Shown piece after piece: positions 55,400-64,000 of a DNA stretch of 64,000 bases. Made by a program: the position numbers and the translations under genes. Position 1 is the stretch's first letter; every line of letters starts with the position of its first letter. Source of the DNA: Octopus vulgaris (lineage: Eukaryota); NCBI GenBank assembly GCA_951406725.2, contig OX597830.1, positions 69,502,001-69,566,000 of the forward strand. Reading direction: 5' to 3'. The notes under the pieces were generated by a model. That model saw nothing but the letters and a program-made list of their open reading frames with translations. It made no database searches and was not told the DNA's origin.

Positions 55400-56656
55400 T
55401 TGTGTTGGCAACTAAATTCCCACCGTTTTTTTTAAATTTTGGAATCTATTTTTTTCGAGAATTCTATTTTTGAATCATTTTGGAATCTTTTTCTAGTTAA
55501 TTTTAGTTAATTTTTGTTTATATTCAGATCATTAAAATGGAATGTCAAGTTAAGAAAAACAAGCATTTTGACACCTTCATTTTGCTTTTAATCAAGGTTC
55601 TAAGGTTGCAAAAGCTGCTCGCGACATTTGTGCTGTGTATGGAGGGGATGCCATAGCTGAAAGAACCACTTGTGATTGGTATGCCAAGTTCAAAAAGGGA
55701 AATTTTGACCTCAAAGACGCACCTCATTCTGGCCGTCCAGTTGAGTTCAATGAAGAGCTATTAAACAAACTTTTGCATGAAAATTCTTGTCAAACAACAA
55801 GGGAACTGGCAGAGAAAATGGAATGCTCCTACACTGCTATAGAGCAGCATCTTCACTTGATGGGAAAGGTTCAAAAGTATGGAGCATGGGTTCCACATGC
55901 TTTAAGTGACAACAACAAAAATCAACGAGCCACAATCTCCGCTGGTTTGCTTGCTCGTCACCGCTCAACTCATGGACACAAGCAACAATGTCTTAACTGA
56001 ATCATTACTGGTGACGAAAAATGGTGCCTGTACATCAATATGAAGCAGCGTAAGGAATGGCTTAGCCCCGGTAAACAAGCGACACTGCGTGTGAAATAAG
56101 ATCTTCATCCACATAAAACGATACTGTGCGTATGGTGGGACTGGGAAGGGATTATCCATTATAAATTGCTTCAACAGAACCAAACGGTCAACAAGGAACT
56201 CTATGTTCAACAGATGGAATGACCCAACACAGTTATTCAAGAGAAAAGACCTAATTGGCAACGTGGAGTTCTGCTGCATGACAATGCCCAGGTTCTTATC
56301 GCCAATATGACCAAGGAAGCCATTCAAACACATGGCTAAGGAAGTGCTGCCACACCCACCATACTCTCCTGATTTGGAACCAATGGATTTCCACCTCTCT
56401 CGATCTCTTTCAAATGCTATATGCGGAGTTTCGTTCAGTACTGATGCAGAATTGAGAGCTTGGTTGGATCAATTTTTCGAGTCGAAATCGGGTAATTTCT
56501 ACCAATGAGGTATTGAAAATCTTGTTGAACGTTGGGAAGAAGTTGTAAACAACAAGGGCGAATGCATTATTGATTAATTAGCTATTATTTTTTTTAATTA
56601 AACCTTTAAAAAAATTTTAATTTTAAAAAATAGCAGGAACTTAGTTACCAACCCAA
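55400..56656 (+). mobile_element. Full-length decayed mariner (DD34D) transposon
   Basis: TA flanks, TIRs ttgtgttggcaactaaattcc / ggaacttagttaccaacccaa, ~1.26 kb. Confidence 0.92.
55537..56577 (+). pseudogene. Mariner transposase pseudogene
   Basis: WVPHAL, IITGDEKW, LLHDNA and HPPYSPDL motifs; several in-frame stops and frameshifts. Confidence 0.93.
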
Positions 56657-56982
56657 TACAAGTAAGCTACCATTCTGTTTTCACAGTCTCTTTGATAGAC
56701 TGTGGCAGGCTGGTGTTTTGTCTTATGAAGAAAACACTGCTCTGCTTTAGGTCTTTCAGCAAAATGCTTCATGGCTAGTGTTTTCCTGTTAGAGAGTATG
56801 TTCCCGAATGATGTAGCTTGGTTAATGTTTGCTACACTTTCATTTAACAAAGTATGTATACCATTGTTGCTTTTGTTGTTGTTGTTATTACTGGCGTTAA
56901 ACATATTATCTGGTACACAATGATTTTGGTTTGTATGAAATATTAATTTTTTTTAGAAGTCTCTCTACGGCAGCAGTACTGA

Positions 56983-57326
56983 ATATTAATAGTTATCGCC
57001 AAGCTAATATGGCAGTCCAGAAATATAGGACGAATGCTGCCGTTGATTAGCTCCAAAAGGCCATCGCCTCCAGCTAGCTATGTGACACACAAACCTTAGG
57101 TAAACAATTCTTTGAATAGACGGTCAGTAGTGATGCCTGCTGGGTCGGCTGCTCTGCGTTGATAAAGGGCAAATACCCTGAAACTAGTCTGCAGATGCCT
57201 GACCAGCAAGGGGAAGTGGCTGACCTCCCCTGTTCGAAGGTTATAATGGACACAGGAGCTAATCAACGGTAGCATTCATCCTATATTTCTGGTCTGCCAT
57301 ATTAGCTTGGCGATAACTATTAATAT
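56983..57326 (+). mobile_element. TIR-bounded hammerhead-containing element (family H2)
   Basis: 72-bp TIRs (3 mismatches), TGA direct flanks, central hammerhead fold. Confidence 0.78.
57154..57194 (+). ncRNA. Minimal type I hammerhead ribozyme motif (U3:A8 variant)
   Basis: ctgcg-TTGATAA-AGGG-caaata-CCCT-GAAA-CTAG-TC|tgcag; stems I and II pair, loop III is palindromic; predicted cleavage after 57189. Confidence 0.78.
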
Positions 57327-57718
57327 TGATTTTTTTTTTCTTTTACAGTAATTTTCTTGGATGTTAATTAATTAATTATTATTATTTTTTTTCATTTACT
57401 GAGATGCAGTAGATCTGTGTCAGTGACAAGGCTGCAGTTAGTAAGACAAAAATAACTTTTAACGCCAAATCATAAATATTTAAGTGAAGTTAATAGTCTT
57501 TATGTTTCGAAGGTCTATTATGTATCTTACACACTATAGTTGTTTTCACATTTATTTATTATTTTTTTGTTTAGTAGCTGCTTTGCTTTCTCCGGGGTAA
57601 TCTCTTCCTCCTCCTCCTCCTCCTCCCTCTTTCTCTCTCTTCTTTTTTAACAAGACACTATTTTATTTTTTACTTAGGAGTTACACAGTAATGGAAATAT
57701 TTTTTTAAAAAAACAAAC

Positions 57719-58016
57719 CAGGACTGGCTGTGTGGTAAGTAGCTTGTTTACCAACCGCATGGTTCCGGGTTCAGTCCCACTGCGTGGCACCTTGGGCAAG
57801 TGTCTTCTACTATAGCCTCGGGCCGACCAAAGCCTTGTGAGTGGATTTGGTAGACGGAAACTGAGTCCCTGTTACTTAGCGGTTCGGCAAAAGAGACCGA
57901 TAGAATAAGTACTGGGCTTACAAAGAATAAGTCCCGGGGGTCGATTTGCTCGACTAAAGGCGGTGCTCCGGCATGGCTGCAGTCAAATGACTGAAACTAG
58001 TAAAAGAGTAAAAGAG
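57719..58016 (+). mobile_element. SINE family A with the microsatellite region deleted
   Basis: Head through ggaaactga is joined directly to gtccctgttacttagcgg and the tail. Confidence 0.8.
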
Positions 58017-58980
58017 TATACTGTCTAGCCTCGATGCAATGTAATCATTCCAATAATAGTCTTTATTTGAAATAATATCCAATTTGAAAATTAATTCCTT
58101 CAGTTTCACATGAAAAATATTGAGAATTCTCAGATTGAAATTTTAGAACGCCTGTACGTTGTCAGCTGTGAATTTCGTTTGTTTCTAATTTAAGCATAGG
58201 GCCATCACATTTAAGCAGTGGGTGTTAGTTGATACTAATAACAACAACAACAACCACAAAAACACGACATCAATCACAACAACAATAGTTATAATGGTTT
58301 CAGATTTTGGCACAAGGTCAGTAAGTTCAAGGGAGGGGAGGGTAAGTTGATTACATCAACCCCAGTGTTCAACTGGTACTTATTTTATTGACTTTGAAAG
58401 AATGAAAGGCAAAGTTGACCTTGGAGGAATTTGAACTCAGAATCTAAAGACAGATAAAATACCGCTAAGCATTTTGCCTTCCACATTAACAATTCTGCTC
58501 TCTCATGGCCTTAACCCTTTTGTTACTGTATTTATTTTGAGATGCTCTCTTTACTCTTTACTCTTTACTCTTTTACTTGTTTCAGTAATTTGACTGCTGC
58601 CATGCTGGAGCACCACCTTTAGTCAAGCAAATCGACCCCAGGACTTATTCTTTGTAAGCCTATCACAATTCTATTGGTCTCTTTTGCCAAACCGCTAAGT
58701 TATGATAAGTATCTGACTTTAGCCCATTCAAACGAGTCCACTATACTACCTCTTTTGCTATAGCTACCAGACATATAAAAATTGCCTGCCCCTCCCAGCC
58801 AAAGAAAGGTGTTGGAGCGATCTTCAATATGAATTCAGCTGATAGCTGAAACTGTCCTACACGTGACAAAAAGTGTTCAACATAAACCCCTGGTAGCACT
58901 ACCAGGTGAGGGATTTCTGGAAGTTATCCAAAGGCCCAGGCCTGAAGGTTCTCCGATGATATAATAATGATAATAATAAT

Positions 58981-59180
58981 AAGAAGAAGAATGAGAAGAA
59001 GAAGAAGAAGAAGAAGAAGAAGAAGAAGAAGAAGAAGAAGAAGAAGAAGAAGAAGAAGAAGAAGAAGAAGAAGAAGAAGAAGAAGAAGAAGAAGAAGAAG
59101 AAGAAGAAAAAGAAGAAGAAGAAGAAGAAGAAGAAGAAGAAGAAGAAGAAGAAGAAGAAGAAGAAGAAGAAGAAGAAGAG

Positions 59181-59218
<38 letters not shown>

Positions 59219-59290
59219 AGAAGAGGAAGAAGAAGAAGAGAAGAAGAAGAAGAAGAAGAAGAAGAAGAAGAAGAAGAAGAAGAAGAAGAA

Positions 59291-59349
<59 letters not shown>

Positions 59350-59484
59350 AGAAGAAGAAGAGGAGAAGAAGAAGAAGAAGAAGAAGAATAAGAAGAATGA
59401 GAAGAAGAAGAAGAAGAAGAAGAAGAAGAGGAAGAAAAAGAAGAAGAAGAAGAGGAAGAAAAAGAAGAAGAAGAAGAGGAAGAA

Positions 59485-59531
<47 letters not shown>

Positions 59532-59559
59532 AGAAGAGGAAGAAGAAGAAGAAGAGGAA

Positions 59560-59594
<35 letters not shown>

Positions 59595-59703
59595 AGAAGA
59601 AGAAGAAGAAGAAGAAGAAGAAGAAGAAGAAGAAGAAGAAGAAGAAGAAGAAGAAGAAGAAGAAGAAGAAGAAGAAGAAGAAGAAGAAGAAGAAGAATGA
59701 GAA

Positions 59704-59750
<47 letters not shown>

Positions 59751-59774
59751 AGAGGAAGAGAAGAAGAAGAAGAA

Positions 59775-59821
<47 letters not shown>

Positions 59822-59900
59822 AGAAGAAGAAGAGGAAGAGGAAGAAGAAGAAGAAGAGGAAGAAGAAGAAGAGGAAGAGGAAGAAAAAGAAGAAGAAGAA

Positions 59901-59965
<65 letters not shown>

Positions 59966-60032
59966 AGAGGAAGAGGAAGAGGAAGAAGAAGAAGAAGAAG
60001 AAGAAGAAGAAGAAGAAGAAGAAGAAGAAGAA
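58981..60032. repeat. ~1.05-kb (GAA)n/(GAG) polypurine tract
   Basis: Directly visible; abuts the tail of an antisense SINE C. Confidence 0.98.
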
Positions 60033-60764
60033 GCCTGTCTACTATAGGCACAATGCCTGATATTTTGGAGGAGGTGTCCAGTCGATTACATCAACCCCAG
60101 TTTTCAACTGGTACTTATTTTATCAAACCTGAAATGTTAATTTGAACTCAGAATGCTAAGCCAGAAGAAATGTCACAGAACATTTTTCTTGCATGCTAAC
60201 AATTCTGTGGAAGTTGTCTTCCACATCACATGATACTATATACCCCTCTATTTCATCAAAAGCTTTGAGTAATACGTCATTTGTCTTTCTTTGTGTAATA
60301 TGTCATATGTCTCTCTTTACATTCTGAGTTCAAATTCCACAAAGTTAGACTTTGCCTTTCATGCTTTCAGGGTCAATGAAATAAATACCATTCGAGCACT
60401 GGGGTTAATGTAATCAACTAGCGTCTTCCCCCAAAATTCCAGACTATTAGTAGAAAGGGTTTTTATAATTGTTACTAAAGGTGGCAAGGTGGTTGAATTG
60501 TTACCACACCAGGTAATATGCTTTAGCAGCAATTTTTCTGGCTTGATATTCTGTGTTTAAATTCTGCCATGGCTAACTTTGCTTTTTCATGCTTTTGGGT
60601 TTATTAAATAAGTACTCCTGAGGTCAATGAAAATGACTAGCTCCCCACATCCTGCACAAAATTGGAGGTTGGATGAAATACCTTTAAGTATTTTGTCTGG
60701 CCTGGCTAGCACCTTCCCCTCAAAATTTCAGGTCTTAAACACAACAAATGGAAACCATCAAAAC

Positions 60765-60925
60765 ACATGTGGAAAAAAGGATGATATGAAAGGTTGCTAA
60801 ATGAAGAGAATGAATGGTTGAAAAAAAGTTTATCGAATGCCCACCCAACAGAGGGACCAGCTATCTGAATTGACAGTACCTTGGTAGATAAAGCAATTAA
60901 GGGTATGAAGACAATGGCAAACAGG
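60765..60925 (+). pseudogene. RTE-X-like ORF internal fragment (endonuclease-RT linker)
   Basis: YERLLNEENEW...TEGPAI*IDSTLVDKAIKGMK. Confidence 0.55.
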
Positions 60926-61598
60926 ACAAAACAAGATACACGGATCATTCGCAGCCAATTACCTCTTCAGTCAGAGTACAGAATGTCTTTGTAGTTTCAC
61001 CCACTTATCTCCGGTACTATTCAAAATCAGTTGAGCCAGAGACTTAAGCTAAAAGTACAGACCTCTGAGAAAGGCAAATGAATGTATATATACGAAAACA
61101 AATAAGCAAATAAAAGAAAGGGTCTTTTGACTATTGGATGAACATAACATATGCAAGCTTTTCTACTATAGACACAAGGCCTGAAATTTCAGGAAGGAGT
61201 TCAAGTTGATTAAACTGACCCCAGTGTTCAACTGACACTTATTTTATCAACCCCAAAAGGATGAAACTGAGTCAATCTCAGCAAAATTTGAACTCAGAAC
61301 ACAAAGACAGACGAAAGACCCCTAAGTATTTTCCCAGCATACAAGGTTTTAATTTAGATCACTTTAAAAGAAGGAGTTTGTATCTGAGAACTTTGGGTCG
61401 GGTCGGGTCAGGTGGGTTGTTTGACACAAAAGAGTTAAACTGCATACTGAAGGTGACAAGCAACTTGTTGCCTTTTTTGTTTGGTTTATAATACCCAGAA
61501 TTAGTAAGAGATGTTGATATGAAGTTAGGTTTTAAGAAATCTGAGATGTGTCAAGGCCAACCTGAAAACAGAGAAAGTTCAAAAATTGCTTAGTACAC

Positions 61599-61635
<37 letters not shown>

Positions 61636-62075
61636 GACATATGTACATATACAGATACATACATATATACTCTTTATCTTATTAAACTTTTAATATTGTT
61701 TGATAGTTTATAAAAAAAATAAATAAATAAATAAATGAATAAATATAAAAATATAAAAATATAAAAATATAAAAAATATTTAAAAAAAAAATTTTTTAAT
61801 AAAAAAATTAAAAAAAAATTTTTTTAATAAAAAATAAATAAATAATTAAATAAAATAAAATAATAATAAAATATATATATATATATAATTTATAAGTTTA
61901 AATTATTAATTTAAATAATTTTTTTAATTTTTAACTTTAATTTAAATATTTTGATTGGATTTTTATATTTTATATTTTATATTTTTTATACATTTTTTAA
62001 TTAATTTCATTTCTATGTATTGGCTTATGATTTTCACTGTTTGATTTGCCTAATAGTCATTTTATCTCTAATTTA

Positions 62076-62125
<50 letters not shown>

Positions 62126-62304
62126 ACACAAGCACATACACAGACAGACACACAATATATACACACACAAAGGCGACGAGCTGGCAGAAATGTTAGCATG
62201 CTGGGTGAAATAGTTAGCAGTATTTCATCAGTCTTTACGTTCTGAGTTCAAATTCCACCGAGGTCGACGGAATATATATATACATACATATATATATATA
62301 TATA

Positions 62305-62676
62305 TCATCATCATCATCATCGTATAAGGTCCGCTCTCCATGCTAGCATGGGTTGGACGATTTGACTGAGGACTGGTGGCAAACCAGATAGCTGCACCGG
62401 GCTCCAGTCTTGATCAGGCAGAATTCCTACAGCTGGATGCCCTTCCTAACGCCAACCACTCTGAGAGTGTAATGAGTGCTTTTATGTGCCACCGGCACGA
62501 GGGCCAGTCAGGTAGTACTGGCAACGGCCATGCTCAAATGGTGTTTTTTTACGTACCACCTGCACAAGAGCCAGTCCGGCGGTACTAGCAACAACCTCAC
62601 TTGAATGTTTTTTCACGTGCCAGTACCACCAGTACAAGTACCAGTATCCAGTAAGGTGACGCTGGTAACGATCACG

Positions 62677-62677
<1 letters not shown>
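62305..62677 (-). mobile_element. RTE-X-like LINE 3' UTR (family B)
   Basis: Homologous to 851-1290. Confidence 0.75.
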
Positions 62678-62720
<43 letters not shown>

Positions 62721-62762
62721 TTACCATTTAATAATGAGCTGAAGATTAGATAGCAATATCAA

Positions 62763-62816
<54 letters not shown>

Positions 62817-63412
62817 CACACACACACACAAACTTACTATTTAATAATGAGTTGAAGATTAGATAGCAATATCAAGGACATACTTGCAAATTCTAGAGAA
62901 ATCAGTTTATTTTATAGCTGTTTGGTTGTTTTAGGTTTTTATTATTTTTTTTTTTTTTGCACTTCTTAAGGAAAGTAATGGCTCATTCATTATTAAACTA
63001 GTTTGGGATATTATTTTTTTTTCTCTCATGTGATATTTAGTGAAGAATAGCTTGGTTTAATACAGTTCTGTAATGGATCATTCACTGGTTCACTGGATTT
63101 CTAACAATGAAAGTAACAAGGGTGTGTGAGTTACCCAATATGAAACAAATATTGCAAGGCACTTCATTTGAAAAGTACCATATTTTTCAAATTTCTTTTA
63201 AATAATTAAAATTTTGAGCAAAGTTCTACACACTGGCACTTATGTACATACATACATTTTGTGTATGTGTGTGTGTGTATGTGTGCATATGTATTTATAT
63301 ATATATATATATATAAAGTTAATCCAAACAAGAAAGCACAAAAAAACACAACGTGAGGACGTGGAACAAATATAGTATTATTGGATGCTCAGGAAAGAAG
63401 GAAAGAAGGAGG

Positions 63413-63447
63413 GTTTAACGTTTCGAGCGGAGCTCTTCGTCGGAAAC
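63413..63447 (-). ncRNA. Minimal type I hammerhead-like motif in a Penelope-like repeat (about 63315-63515)
   Basis: Minus strand reads gttt-CCGACGAA-GAGC-tcc-GCTC-GAAA-cg-TT|aaac. Confidence 0.55.
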
Positions 63448-63814
63448 ATAAAAGGAAAGATCCAGAGAAGGGAAGACAGAGGAAAAAATCGCCAACGGTA
63501 CACACGAGGTCATATATATATCCATGCGAGTGTGAATGTGTGTGTGTGTATGTGTGCGTGTTTGTGTGAATGTGCATATTTATATTCCCTTCACCTATTT
63601 TTGATCCATTGCTGAATGAAGCCCCAGCATGCTGTTGCTGGCTTACCTGTAGTGTTTGTTAGCTTACCTGTCCATATTCATTAAATCTGGCTTGAACGGA
63701 AGACATCATTGGTCAAGTGATTTACCCTGATTATTGACACTGAGACAGAATTTGAACTCAATATGCAAAGAACTACAACAGATACCACAAAGCAAGTACT
63801 ATTTTTTTTTCTGT

Positions 63815-64000
63815 AGTTTCAGCTCAGAGCTGTGACCATGCTGAGGCACCACCGTTTCGCTACCCTGTTATTATTGAGAGCCTCTTCCAATATGTGGCAG
63901 TTGGTGAAGAATGGAGTTTGATATAGCTACCCTCATTTGCACCTCTTGCCGTGATGTAGGTTCATCTGGGACTCTCGACAGGAAGAGGTCCAGCTTTGAT
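63815..64000 (-). pseudogene. CR1-like LINE 3' end, cut by the window edge
   Basis: IKAGPLP/LDLFLSRVPDEPTSR segment, same family as 23335-23625. Confidence 0.65.

Noticed and set aside
58924-60145. Poly-R/E/K and poly-L/F/S ORFs
   Set aside because: Translation of a (GAA)n microsatellite.

Overview
AT-rich, microsatellite-dense animal genomic DNA made almost entirely of nested transposable-element remnants. The SINE and LINE repertoire looks like an octopus/coleoid cephalopod, but that is an inference from repeat families recalled from memory, not a search result. No intact host protein-coding gene, rRNA, tRNA gene or CRISPR array is supportable. Recognisable content: four tRNA-derived SINE families (called A, C, D, E here); LINE fragments of RTE-BovB, RTE-X, RTE-1, CR1, R4/Dong and probably Tx1 type; a near full-length decayed mariner; Helitron relics; several MITEs, one carrying telomere-like repeats; a 2.5-kb minisatellite grown from a SINE B-box; and a 1-kb (GAA)n tract. 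A CpG-rich promoter-like segment near 48.4-48.9 kb has candidate minus-strand exons downstream. The most notable observation is two unrelated elements of 313 and 344 bp (43219-43531, 56983-57326) with the same architecture: TGA direct flanks, terminal inverted repeats starting ATAT, and a central minimal type I hammerhead ribozyme fold carrying the compensatory U3:A8 core variant. Further hammerhead-like motifs occur near 47.95, 63.43 and 15.79 kb. Repeat boundaries were read by eye and may be off by a few to tens of bases.
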